Assembly: GCA_030390025.1 (NCBI GenBank) | Contig: CM059449.1 | Span: 15,128,001 to 15,192,000 of the forward strand | Direction of reading: 5' to 3' | From: Squalus acanthias | Lineage: Eukaryota | DNA: 64,000 bases | Part shown: positions 1-12,110 of the stretch, piece by piece | How the letters are laid out: each line of letters starts with the position of its first letter | How positions within the stretch are numbered: the first letter of the stretch is position 1 | Made by a program: the position numbers and the translations under genes | The notes under the pieces: generated by a model | What the model saw: only the letters and a program-made list of their open reading frames with translations | Told to the model about the DNA's origin: nothing | Databases searched by the model: none

Positions 1-296
1 AGTTAGAGATGGAACAGATTTTAAGCAAGTGCAGGGGCAGGGAAAGGGAGGTGGGGAGGAAAGAACAAAAGTGACGGTCTGTGATAGGGTGGAAGGTCGG
101 AGAAATTAAATGACAAAAGGGATGTTAGTACAAAGCAAAAGACATAGAAATAGAAAGTTATGCAAATTTTCACTACATTAATCTATTTTCTTTACAAGTA
201 AGACCCTCCGTGCTCAGTCCGCCGTTATATAGTAAGGGACCGGCCGACCCAGGGATTATCGTGGAACAGTCCGTTAGTAATAATCAGCCAACTCAC

Positions 297-638
297 GCAC
301 TACGTCAAGCTTTGTTCCTTGTCCACTTTTTTCCGCCGATCCGAATAGTTGCACTTTGCAGTAGTAGAACCCGGAATCGTAATGGCTCACGTCTTTTATA
401 GTAATGGAAGCGTCCCTCCTTTGTGAGAAATCCTCGGCACTTGCCCGCGATAGCCGTCCGCTGAATTCCTTGCTTTGGGTGGTGACTTCAGGTCCGTCGA
501 CAGAGTTTTTGTGCCACTTGAACACACCGACCCCCCCCGGGGGCCCTTCATACGTGCAGTTCAGGAGCACCGACTGCCCCTCCGTGGCGTTAACGAAGGG
601 CGGGACTTGAATTACCGTAATGCTCTCTGCAGCAATTC
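297..638 (-). CDS. NCR3-like: Gene C, VJ-type Ig V-domain exon of an NKp30/NCR3-family receptor; downstream exons lie beyond the left end of the window
   Basis: Phase-1 exon (cag| ... |gtgagt) encoding GIAAESITVIQVPPFVNATEGQSVLLNC..W..EFSGRLSRAS..DASITIKDVSHYDSGFYYCKVQLFGSAEKSGQGTKLDVV. It has the V-set C/W/DxxxYxC residues and a germline-joined J-like GxGT motif, and resembles NKp30 (EFRGRL...DASIYVCRVEVLG..G.GTRLVV). Confidence 0.9.
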
Positions 639-989
639 CTGCCAATGGATGGTTTCTGATTAGCGAGATGCACCAAGTCTTTATTTCACCTTAACCAAAC
701 GCTGAAGATGCTGGAGGCCGCTAGTGAAGAACCGACAGGGACCGTGCCTCTCCAGACAGCCAGCGGTGGAGGGCCATTGTAAATGTAGCAAAGCTCATCC
801 TGTTGGGTGTAATTTTCCCAGACCCCTGCCACAGTTGGGGCCCGAGGAGCAGCGGAGGGATTACTGGAACACCACGGGTGCACAGACGGACAGACATTTC
901 CCATCAATTAACTTTAGCCATTTTCCCATAAACCGTCCCGCTGCAGGGATGGTGGCGCGGGGCCTCGGGAAATTGAATGGTTTGGCTAC

Positions 990-1620
990 AGCATGGGAGG
1001 AGGCCATTCAGCCCGTCGAGCCCGTGCCGGCTCTCTGCAAGAGCTCTTCAGCTAGTCCCACTCCCCCGCCCTTTCCCCGTAGCCCTGCGATTTTTTTCCC
1101 CTTCAGGTACTTATGCAACTCTCTTTTGAAAGCCGAGATTGAATCTGCCTCCACCACCCTCTCAGGCAGTGCATTCCAGATCCTAACAACTCGCTGCATA
1201 AAAAAGTTTTCCCTTATGTCGCCTTTGGTTCTTCTTCCAATCACCTTAAATCTGTGTCCTCTGGTTTGCGACCCTTCCGCCAATGGGAACAGTTTCTCTC
1301 TATCTACTCTGTCTGGACCCCTCATGATTTTGAACAGCTCTATCAAATCTCCTCTCAACCTTCTCTGCTCTAAGGAGAACAATCCCAGCTTCTCCAGTCT
1401 ATCCACATAACTGAAACCCTCATCCCTAGAATCATTCTCGGATTTATTTTCTGCACCCCCTCCAAAGTGCGATGCCCAGAATTGGACACAGTACTCCAGT
1501 TGAGGCAGAACCAGTGTTTTATAAAGACTCATCATAAATTCCTGGCTTTTGTACTCTATGCCTCTATTTATGAAGGCCAGGATCCCGTTTGTATCCCCCC
1601 CACCCCCGCTCATGTCGCCT
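990..1620 (-). mobile_element. CR1 LINE 3' fragment
   Basis: ORF 1008-1613: LEYCVQFW...RRLRGDLIE...WNALPE. Confidence 0.85.
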
Positions 1621-2800
1621 CTGGTTCTTAATCACCTTAAAACTGTGTCCTCTGTTTCTCGAACCTTCCGCCAGCGGGAACAGTTTCTCTCTATCTACTC
1701 TGCCCAGACCACCCAATTCCACCCATTGGGGTAGATTTCCGTCTTTACCGCCTGGGCGCTACACGTCTTGTGACGGAAGGAGAAAGGAAAACCCAGAGTG
1801 AGATTCCCACTCTTCTCATAGAACCCAGCGGATTTGCTGCCAGTGGATTGAATGGGAAGAAAGTCGGGCAAGTGCTGTTAGCGCCAGATTGTCCTTCCTG
1901 CGTTCCGCCCAGGCCATGTCTAAAGCCCACGTGGTAAAGGCAAAGATTTACACCTTAATCACAGCAAGCATGATTGAGCTCCCCTCAGTATCGCAATCAG
2001 ATAACGGAACAAAATCATTCATTTAAAAAAAAAATATCGCACATTCATGGCCAAGTCGTTAACATCCTCGCCTCTGCATCAAGCTTATGGGTTGGAGCCT
2101 CACTCCAGCATTCCATCATATCATTCTGGCTCATACCCCAGTGCAGCGCTGCCTGCTGCAGTTACGGTTCTGTCGATCAGGCATAAAGTTGAACATAAGA
2201 AGATGAGAAATAGGAGCAGGGATAGGACATTCGGCCTTTCGAGCCTGCTCCACCATTCAATAAGATCATGGCTGATCTTCTACCTCATCTGCACTTTCCC
2301 ACACTATCCCCATATCCCTTGAGCCCTTCATATTCAAAAATCTATCGATCACTGTCTTGAATATACTCAACGACTGAGCATCCACAGCCCTCTGGGGTAG
2401 AGAATTCCAAAGATTCACCAGCCGCTGAGTGAAGAAATTTCTCCTCATCTCAATCCTAAATGGCCGACCCCTTATTCTGAGACTCTGACCCCTGGTTCTA
2501 GATTCCCCAGACAGGGGAAACATCCTCCCTGCATCTACCCTGTCAAGGCCCCTCTCTGTCTGTTCAGTTGATTCAAGTGGCCGTTAAAATTTTCATGTTA
2601 CCAATCAAAGAAATCCTGGCCAACTGTCCTTTCCAATTAACATCAGCGCCTTATTTTTGTTCGATCCCTAGCGCCTTGGTTTTCGACATATTTAAGCCCC
2701 GCCACTGTTAGCTTTGTATGCGAGGCGTTGTGATATCGTTCCGAGCGAGCGTTGAAGGTGCTGAATTCTCTGACTGAAGTATGGTACAGTTGGTACTTAC

Positions 2801-2843
2801 CAGAGACAAGTGTCAGTGCCCACATAACGCATCGGGAATCCAT
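2801..2843 (-). CDS. NCR3-like: Gene C leader (signal peptide) exon
   Basis: ATG...TCTG|gtaagt; encodes MDSRCVMWALTLVS+G, phase 1, in frame with the V exon at 638; same length (43 nt) as the A1 leader. Confidence 0.8.
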
Positions 2844-4146
2844 CTGGTCCTTCAGTGCACTGACAGTGAACTCAGAAATAAACGGATGCACCAAGCTGTC
2901 GGGGGATTGGCAGTGCGAGTTGAAAAAAGTAACTCTTTCCGTCAACGTGAAAGTGACGCAATGGAAAAGGGGAGTGAGAGTTGGGTTTGTGTGTGTCCGC
3001 TCTTTGCTCTCTCCCTCCCTCGTGTGCACATGCGTTTGCGCATTTCATAACAAGCTAAATGTTTTCTCTCGTATACTTAGCGTGAATAACTCCGCACCTC
3101 CGGGATTCTGAAATCTAGGAATGAAGGCATTGCAATCTATTTCAGATCCTGAAGATTGTTTCACACGAAGCTTGAAAAAGAAGTTGGGTCGCTTCATGAT
3201 TTCCTGTTGCCACTCAGAGCGCTCGCGCTGCTAATTATTGGGTTGACGCCCCGACTCTCAAATATGCAATTCAGCCACTTTTCCCACACATATCACAAAG
3301 GTTTTAGTTTCATTAAGATGTGGATATAACGTTTTCAACTCAATGCATTGTCGGCTGAGGACTCGTGTGACGGTCTGCAAAACCTTAGCGACATCAGTAG
3401 ACAAGATGAAACCCATTGCTAGTGGTGTTAAATAGAGAGTGAAGTGAAGGTCAGCAATGTAAAAATTCTGATATATATACAAACATATATATAGACCAAA
3501 ATTTACACCCTGCATATTACAGCACACATCGCTGATCATATATATGTGTATGTGTGTGTAAAATTATGAAGCGCCTAGATAGAGTGGATAGGAAGGGCCT
3601 ATTTCCTTTAATCAGTAACCAGGGAGCATAGTTAGGCCTTAGCTAAAATACTGTGTACAGTTCTGGTCACCACATTACAGGATAAATGTGATTGCACCAG
3701 AGAGGGTACAGAGAAGATTTACGAGGATGTTGCCAGGACTGGAGAATTTTAGCTCTGAGGAAAGATTGGATAGACTGAGGTTGTTTTCTTTGAAACAGAG
3801 GAGGCTGAGGGGAGATTTAATTGAGGTGTATAAAATTATGAGGGGCCAAGATAGAGTGAATATTTCCTTTAGCAGATAGGTCAATAACCAGGGGGCACTG
3901 GTTTAAGGCAATTGATGGAAGGATTACAGGGGAGTTGAGGAGAATGTTTTTCACCCAGAGGGTGGTGGGGGTCTGGAACTCATTGCTTGAAAGGTTGTTA
4001 GATGCATTTAAAAAGTACATTTAAAATCACATCACATTTAAAAAGTACTTGGATATGCACTTGAAGTGCTGTAACTTACAAGGCTACGGACCAACAGCTG
4101 GAACGTGGGGTTAGGCTGGATAGCTCTTTTTCGGTCGGCACGGACA

Positions 4147-5070
4147 TAAGAACGTAAGAAATAGGAGCAGAATTCGGCCATTTGGCCCTTCAAGCCTGCT
4201 CTGCCATTCAATAAGATCTTGGCTGATCTTCTACCTCATCTCCACTTTCCTGAGCTATCCCCATATCCCTTGATCCCCTTAATATTCAAAAATCTATCGA
4301 TCTCTGTCTTGAATATACTCAACGACTGAGCCTCCACAGCCCTCTGGGGTAGAGAATTCCAAAGATTCACCACCCTCTGAGTGAAGAAATTTTTCCTCAT
4401 CTCAGTCCTAAATGGCCGACCCCTTATTCTGAGACTGTGACCCCTGGTTCTAGACTCCCCAGCCTGGGGAAACATCCTCCCTGCATCTACCCTGTCGAGC
4501 CCTGTAAACATGTATGTTTCAATGAGATCACCTCTCATTCTTCTAAACTCTAGAGAATATAGCCCTAGTCTACTGAATCTCTCCTCATAGGACAATCCCC
4601 CCATCCCAGGAACCAGTCTGGTGAACCTTCGTTGCACTCCCTCTATGGCAAGTAGATCCTTCCTTAGGTAAGGAGACCAAACTGGTCTCACCAGGGCCCG
4701 ATATAATTGCAGTAAGACGTCTTTACTTTTATACTCAAATCCTCTTGTAATAAAGGCCAACATACCATTTGCTTTCCTAATTGCTTGCTGTACCTGCATG
4801 TTAACTTACAGTGATTCGTGTATAAGGACACCCAGGTCCCTCTGAACACCAACATTTCCCAATCTCTCACCATTTAAAAAAAACTCTGCTTTTCTATTTT
4901 TCCTACCAAAGTGGATAACTTCACATTTCTCCACATTATATTCCATTTGCCCATTCACTTCGCCTGTCTATATCCCCTTGAAGCCTCCTTGCATCCTCCT
5001 CACAACTTACATTCCCACCCAGCTTTGTTTCATCAGCAAACTTGGATATATTACATTTGGTCCCCTCACG
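4147..5070 (-). mobile_element. CR1 LINE 3' fragment
   Basis: ORF 4236-4799 is the CR1 ORF2 C-terminus (RRMRGDLIE..RNFFTQRVVNLWNSLP). Confidence 0.85.
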
Positions 5071-5715
5071 AGGCGTTGAATGGCCTCCTTCTGTGCCGTA
5101 AATCTTTATGATTCTATGAGATAAAATCAACATTTTCACTTTATTATGCAGCGGGTCGATTTTGATCTACACTGCCTGAGCGTTAGCTATCGCCGGGGAG
5201 GAGTGCAGAGAGGAAAGTCGGACTGGGAAAATCCTTCTTGGTAAGGGAGCTCGTCCTGCATTCTTTCCATTTAGCGAAATGGAATTAGAATGGGTGTGGG
5301 GAGGAATGGAGGTGGTGACTGGTGTGCGACCCTCTTACTCCCAAGTACTCCCGTCCCCAGTTTGTCCTTTGCACACTGCCCAGACAGTACTTAACGCTCA
5401 GGGGGTCAAGACCAGACACTTCACCCACAGAAGCTACACCATAGTTATGACAACTCAGAGTAATTGCCTGTTTATAAAGCGCTTCCAGATGTTTTCGAAG
5501 CCCTGATAGGGTTCTATCTAAATTCAAGTAGTTACATTGGTTTTGGTTACACAAGATTGCTTTCGTTGTGGCTGCTGTTTACATCAGATGAATAATTGCT
5601 GTTTCATTAATGACCTGATTGGTATTTGAGTCCAATCCTATTGCACTTTGAATGCAATTTGGAATTGTGCGCACTGGCATTAACTTTGCTGAAACTCAGT
5701 GGTGAAGACAGGGGA

Positions 5716-6117
5716 ACGGTAGCGTAGTGGTTATGCTACTGGATTAGTAAGCCAGAGGCCTGGACTAATAATCCGGAGAGAGGAGTTCAGAATCCCACCA
5801 TGGCAGCTGGGGAATTTAAATTCAGTCAATTAAATAAATCTGGCATAAAACGCTAGTATCCATACTGGATAGTTGTAAAAACCCACCTAGTTCACTAATG
5901 TCCTTTAGGTAATCCTTACCTATATGTGACTCCAGACCCACGGCAATGTGGTTGACATCTTCTGAAATGGCCGCGCAAGCCACTCAGTTGGACCAAACCG
6001 CTACAATCCAAGTCACTGTTGGAATGACCTTCACCACATGGGAGGCGGCTCAAGGGCAATGAGGGATGGGCAATAAATGCTGGCCTTGCCAGCGACGCCC
6101 ACATCCCAGGAATGAAT
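5716..6117 (+). mobile_element. tRNA-derived SINE sharing the 3' tail of the second LINE family
   Basis: A-box-like tagcgtagtgg, B-box-like gttcagaatcc, and tail ggcaataaatgctggccttgccagcgacgcccacatccc; related copies lie in the A-gene last introns. Confidence 0.65.
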
Positions 6118-6954
6118 AGTAATACCGCTGTGTTCTGGCTCACGATGGCGTGTGACAAAGGACAAACGCCATTCCCGCGGGGCTTCGAGCGGTCTTCAGA
6201 CCGGAGATCCAGAGACCGCCCCCCCCCTCCCCGTCCCGCGGAATTTGTCTTGTTTGCACCCTGTGCGGTGAACTGCAAACTGACGCTGAGACGTGTTTTA
6301 TTTGGTTGCTGCAATTGAGCAATTGCAACATACCAGAGACGAGAGTCAACTGCAAATGCGTGCTTACCATTTGACAGTCTGAATTCCGAGCAGAGTATTT
6401 AAAGCACCTCGGATGCAGGCTGTCAAAAATACTCAGCGAAGCTAACACGCTCAGCAATTCTGAGAAATTAGAAGCGCTTTCAACGCTCCAGCTTATTTAA
6501 ACATACGAGATACGTGCAAAATAGCACCTGTTCTCTGTTCCATGGTTACCGTGGTATTTACAGCTAAAGGAAGCGGAACGAAGAAACATTCTGGTGCAAA
6601 TTAGTAAGCCAGGCGTGCAGTAGTCGAACCCGGATGGAATGCATATTGAGGCCAGTCGAAAGAGAAACACGTGGGTTTCCATCATTTTACATGGGAGCGA
6701 GAAATAAGGAAAGTATTTAACCGGGAAAGACCATGAGGTGTGTCAGGCCCGCTGGTCCCACGGCCCTATCATATTGCGGATGCGATCCCACACATTTCAT
6801 CTCCTGAGAGAGAGAGAGAGAGTTCGTCATAAATAATCCTTATTCCCATTGTAAAAACTGAAGTATAGTTATCCATTCACTGCGCACATTGTCCTTATCA
6901 ACACCCACTAGCACAGGAACCACGCTGTCCACTCCCAGCTTCCGAACAGTTATT

Positions 6955-7790
6955 TGTTTTATTCATTCAGGGGATATGTGCATCGCTGGCAAGGCCAGCA
7001 TTTATTGCCCATCCCTAATTGCCCTTGAGAAGGATGGTGGTGAGCCGCCTTCTTGAACCGCTGCAGTCAAGGTACATCCACATTGCTTTTCGTAGCAGTT
7101 CCTTACATTTTAGAGGACAGCTGATAGTCAAACACAATGCTGTGGGTCTGGAGTCACATATAGGCCAGGCCACATAAGGACGGCAGATTTCCTTCCCTAA
7201 AGGGGCATTCGTGAAGTAGATGGGTTTTTCAGGAGAATCCAATAGTTTTGTGTCACCATTACTGATACTAGCTTTTTATTCCAGATTTATTTAATTTAAT
7301 TGAATTCAAATTCCCCAGTTGCCGTGGTGGGGTTTGAGCTCACATCACCAGAGCATTAGTCCAGGTCGCTGGATTACTAGTCCAGTAGCATAACCACTAT
7401 GCTACCGTTCCCTAAATATGTTTGTGCATGCACCTGATTATTTGTGTGTGGCTATATGTATTTGCGAGTGTCTGTGTGAGTGTTTCTTTCTATGTGTGCA
7501 GGTGTTTGAATTCTGGGACTGTTAGGTTTCATTTCATGCCTTTCCTGGTTGGCTTTCTGTTGAATTATAACTAATATTTTAGTCCCAGCTCTATTGAATT
7601 TCGATTTTCAACTTGCCGCGCCTGTGTGTAAACCTGGTATTTGGGATGGGCCGCACCTGTGTGGCAAGTTGAGAATGTACCGCACATCTTCAAGAAAAAA
7701 AGTTGGGCCGTCCAACCTCGTTTCTGCTTTAGATTTTTACATCCAACAGAGCGAACTTTTTACATGATAATCTACCTGGAAAAGTAAATC
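6955..7790. repeat. Isolated fragment of the A-gene last intron (relic of a further cassette copy)
   Basis: A SINE plus unique flank (atgtttgtgcatgcacctg ... ctacctggaaaagtaaa) matches ~23640-24505, ~46265-47110 and ~59275-60125. Confidence 0.7.
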
Positions 7791-8829
7791 AGTCTTCCAC
7801 TGTTGATGCCTCTCTCTATCACAACACTCACTCTCACTATTATCTATCTCCCTCTGCTGGTGTCTCTCTGTATCACAGCACTCACTCTCACCTTTACCTA
7901 TCTCCCTCTGCTGGTGTCTCTCTGTATCACAGCAACACTCAGTCAGGCACTAAACTGATGCACAGGTACATTGCTCAGACCGGCAGCCAATGAGTACAGC
8001 CAGACACTGAGCTGATGCACAGGTACATTGCTCAGATCTTCCTTTCATTCAATCACTTGCATTTTCCTATTTCCTAATTTCCTTTTAATCTGCCCTTTGT
8101 ATTTTATGTGACCTCTCTTGTTTATAACCTCTCTTTTGGATGACCAACCCCCATCTGTCCTGCCTTTCCTTTTGCTTGTTTTGCCCCATCTCCCTCATTT
8201 CCTTTACAATTATCAGATTGCCCCATTGCCATGTCCTGGCTTAGAGCACCGCGCTCTCTGTGTGTGAGTCCCTGAGCTTCAGTCAGCCTCAGTCTCTCTG
8301 TCCCTGTGTCCCTGTCAGTCCCTCTCCCTTACTCAGGCAGTGTTTAATCGACCCTCACATTCTCCATTTGTGTTACACACAACAGTTCCCATCCCTTTAC
8401 CCAAATGCATGGCTTCAGGGGTGATTCAAATGGGGAAGAGTCAGCACAACCCTTATTAAACTGTTGCCATTCTGTGACTTTACAAATACACAGCTCTGCC
8501 TTTCTCCCTCTGCTGGTCACTTTTGTGGTCACTTCGTGGTCACTTTCACCCAGTGACCACGAAGGAATAGCGATTGAGGGTAAATTTAACCAACCTCGCT
8601 GGGCGGGAATCTCAGGGTGGAATGCCAGTTTTACACCCCGCCCAATATTACACACCATTGACTTCAATGCAGAGTAAAAGCGGATGCGTTGTAAAAACAC
8701 ATCTGGTTCACTGATGTCATTCAGGGAAGGAAATCTGCCGTCCTTAAACGGTCTGGCCTATATGTGACTCCAGATCCACAGCAATGTGGTTGACTCTTCA
8801 CTGCCCTCTGAAATGGTGGCTCATCAATA

Positions 8830-9480
8830 TCCCGGGGTCACCATTGAAGAGAAACTTAACTGGACCAGCCACATAAATACTGTGGCAACAAGAGCAGGTC
8901 GGAGGCTGGGTATTCTGCGGCGGAGTGTTTCATCTCCTGACTCCCCAAAGCCTTTCCACCAGCTACAAGGAACAAGTCAGGAGTGTGATGGAATACTCTC
9001 CACTTGCCTCGATGAGTGCAGCTCCAACAACACTCAAGAAGCTCGACACCATCCAAGACAAAGCAGCCCACCCACCATCTTAAATATTCACTCCCTCCAG
9101 CACCAGCGTACTTTGGCTGCAGTGTGCACCATCTACAAGATGCACTGCAGCAACTCGCCAAGGCTTCTTCGGCAGCACCTCCCAAACCCGCAACCTCTAC
9201 TAACTAGAAAGACAAGGACAGCAGGCGCATGGGAACACCACTACCTCCAAGTTCCCCTCCAAGTCACACACCATCCTGACTTGGAAGTATATCGCCGTTC
9301 CATCATCGTCACTGGTTCAAAATCCAGGAACTCCCTCCCTAACAGCACTGTGGGAGTACCTCCACCACACGGACTGCAGCGATTCAAGATGGCGGCTCAC
9401 CACCACCTTCTCAAGGGCTATTAGGGGTGGGCAATAAATGCTGGTCTTGCCGGCGACGCCCACACCCCAGGAATGAATTA
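8830..9480 (+). mobile_element. 3' fragment of a second LINE family (CR1/L2 group); further copies at ~12870-13410, ~16425-16745, ~36065-36605 and ~39630-39960 (all minus)
   Basis: LKWTSHI...MEYSPLAW...KLDTIQDKAARLI...SLHHRR..WN.LP-type ORF2 C-terminus and a shared 3' tail ending gaatgaat. Confidence 0.75.
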
Positions 9481-10133
9481 AAAAAACAACATTGCACCCG
9501 ATCCCGTCGATTTCCCGATGGGTGGGTTAGGGTAAAATTGCTGAGTATTATATGTGTCTAAGACAAGGAGGGTGTGTGACTTGCAGGAGAACTTGGAGGT
9601 GATGGTGTTCCCATGCACCTACTGCCCTTCTAGGTGATGGATGCCATGGGTTTGGGAGGTGCTGCTGAAGAAGCCTTGCCAGTGCATTCAGGAGATCGGA
9701 CGCACTGCAGCTGCCCTACGCCTGGGCGATGGAGGGGGTGAATGTTTAGGCAAGTGGATACGGTGTCAATCAAGCAAACTTCTTTGTCCTGGGTGGTGTG
9801 GAGCTTCCTGAGTTTTACTGCAGCTGCATCCATCAGAGCAAGTGGAGAGTACACCAACACTCCTGAGTTGTTATTCTATTTAGATGTCTTCTACTTCATT
9901 TCAGCTGCTGCCTGGATTGCGGTGGAATACTCGACTTCCGCAGGGCACAAAAACGGGCGGTGGCATATCGGCATTGATATGAAAAATAAAATTAGGTGGG
10001 GTTTATTACAGGCTACCGATCCGCCACTGCCCGTTTTCCGCTCCCAAAGGAAGTTGAGCTTTGACCCTGCTGTTCTTTTTCCAGGTGCTCTCTCCTATTT
10101 GTAACTACAGTGTTGATTTATCCCAGTATAGGC

Positions 10134-12110
10134 TCCAGAAAAAGCAGCAAACCTGAGGATTGGGAGCAGTTTAGGATTCAGCAAACGAGGACAAAGGGAT
10201 TAATTAAGAGGGGGAAAATAGAATATGAGAGTAAGCTTTCAGGGAACATAAAAACTGACTGTAAAAGCTTCTATAGATATGTGAAGAGAAAAAGATGGGT
10301 GAAGTCAAGCGCAGGACCCTTGCAGTCAGAATCAGGGGAATTTATAATGGAGAACAAAGAAATTGCAGACCAATTAAATACATACTTTGGTTATGCCTTC
10401 ACAAAAGAGGACACAAATAAACTCCCAGAGATGTCGGGGAACATAGGGTCTAATGAGAGGGAGGAATTGAATGAAATCAGTATTTGTAGGAAAATGGTGT
10501 TAGGGAAATTAACGGGATCGAAGGCCGATAAATCCCCAGGGCCTGATAATCTACATCCTAGGGTACTTAAGGAAGTGGCCCTAGAAATAGTAGATGCATT
10601 GCTGGTCATCTTTCAAAATTCTATAGACTCTGGAACAGTTCCAATGGATTGGAGGGTAGCTAATGTAACCCCACTATTTAAAAAAGGTGGTAGAGAAAAA
10701 ATGGGGAATTTTCGACCGGTAAGCCTGACATCGGTAGTGGGCAAAATGCTAGAGTCCATTATAAAAGATGTAATAGCAGAGCACTTGGAAAACAGTGACA
10801 GGATCGGACAAAGTCAACATGGATTTACAATAGGTAAATCATGCCTGACTAATCTACTGGAATTTTTTGAGGATGTAACTGGTAGAATAGATAAGGGAGA
10901 ACCAGTGGATGTGGTGTATTTGGACTTTCAGAAGGCTTTCGATAAGGTCCCGCATAAGAGATTAGCGTGCAAAGTTAAAGGACATCGGATTGGGGGTAAG
11001 GTACTGATTTGGATAGAGAACTGGTTGGCAGACAGGAAGCAAAGAGTTGGAATAAACGGGTCTTTTTCCGAGTGTCAGGCAGTGACTAGTGGGGTACCGC
11101 AGGGATCAGTGCTAGGACCCCAGCTATTCACAATATATATTAATGATCTAGACGAGGGAACTAGATGTAATATCTCTAAGTTTGCAGACGACACAAAGCT
11201 GGGTGGGCGTGTGTGCTGTGAGGAGGATGCAGAGAAACTCCAGTATGATTTGGACAGGTTGGGTAATTGGGCAGGTGCATGGCAGATGCAGTATAATGTG
11301 GATAAATGCGAGGTTATCCACTTTGGTGGCAAAAACAGGAGACAGATTATTATCTGTACGGCAATAGATTGGGAAAAGGGGAAGTGCAACGAGATCTGGG
11401 AGTCCTTGTGCACCAGTCGCTGAAGGTAAGCATGCAGGTGCAGCAGGCGGTTAAGAAAGCAAATGGTATGTTGGCCTTCATAGCGAGAGGATTCGAGTAC
11501 AGGAGCAAGGATGTCTGGCTGCAGTTGTACAAGGCCTTGGTGAGACCACACCTTGAGTATTGTGTGCAGTTTTGGTCGCCTTATCTGAGGAAGGATGTTC
11601 TTGCCATGGAGGGAGTGCAGCGAAGATTTACCAGGCTGATACCTGGGATGGCAGGAATGACGTATGATGAGAGATTGGGTCGATTAGGCTTATATTCGCT
11701 AGAGTTTAGAAGAATGAGAGTGGATCTCATTGAAACTTATAAAATTCTAACATGACTAGACAGACCAGATGCAGGAAGGATGTTCCCGATGGCGGGGGAG
11801 TCCAGAACCAGAGGTCACAGTCTAAGGATAAGGGGTAAGCCATTTAGGACTGAGATGAGGAGGAATTTCTTCACCCAGAGAGTGGTGAACCTGTGGAATT
11901 CTCTGCCACAGAATGCAGGTGAGGCCAATTCATTAAATATATTCAAGAAGGAGATATATTTATTTCTTAAGCCTAAAGGGATCAAGGGATATTGGGGGAA
12001 AGCAGGGACAGGGTACTGAATTTGGATGATCAGCCATGATCTCATTAAATGGCGGAGCAGGCTCGAGGGGCCGAATGGCCTACTCCAGCTCCTATCTTCT
12101 ATGCTTCTAT
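10134..12110 (+). mobile_element. 5'-truncated CR1-clade LINE (ORF2 reverse transcriptase, frameshifted at ~11340)
   Basis: ORF 10110-11423 has RT motifs (KSPGPD, RPVSLTS, QHGF, YLDFQKAFDKV, GVPQGSVLGP, FADD); the C-terminus continues in ORFs 11306-11755 and 11780-12019; 3' ttctatg repeats; absent at the paralogous site ~35295. Confidence 0.92.

Noticed and set aside
5716-5800. tRNA gene
   Set aside because: A/B boxes belong to a SINE head; no cloverleaf, and it continues into a LINE-derived tail
10110-11423. 437-aa ORF as a host gene or retron-like RT
   Set aside because: It is a 5'-truncated, frameshifted CR1 LINE ORF2
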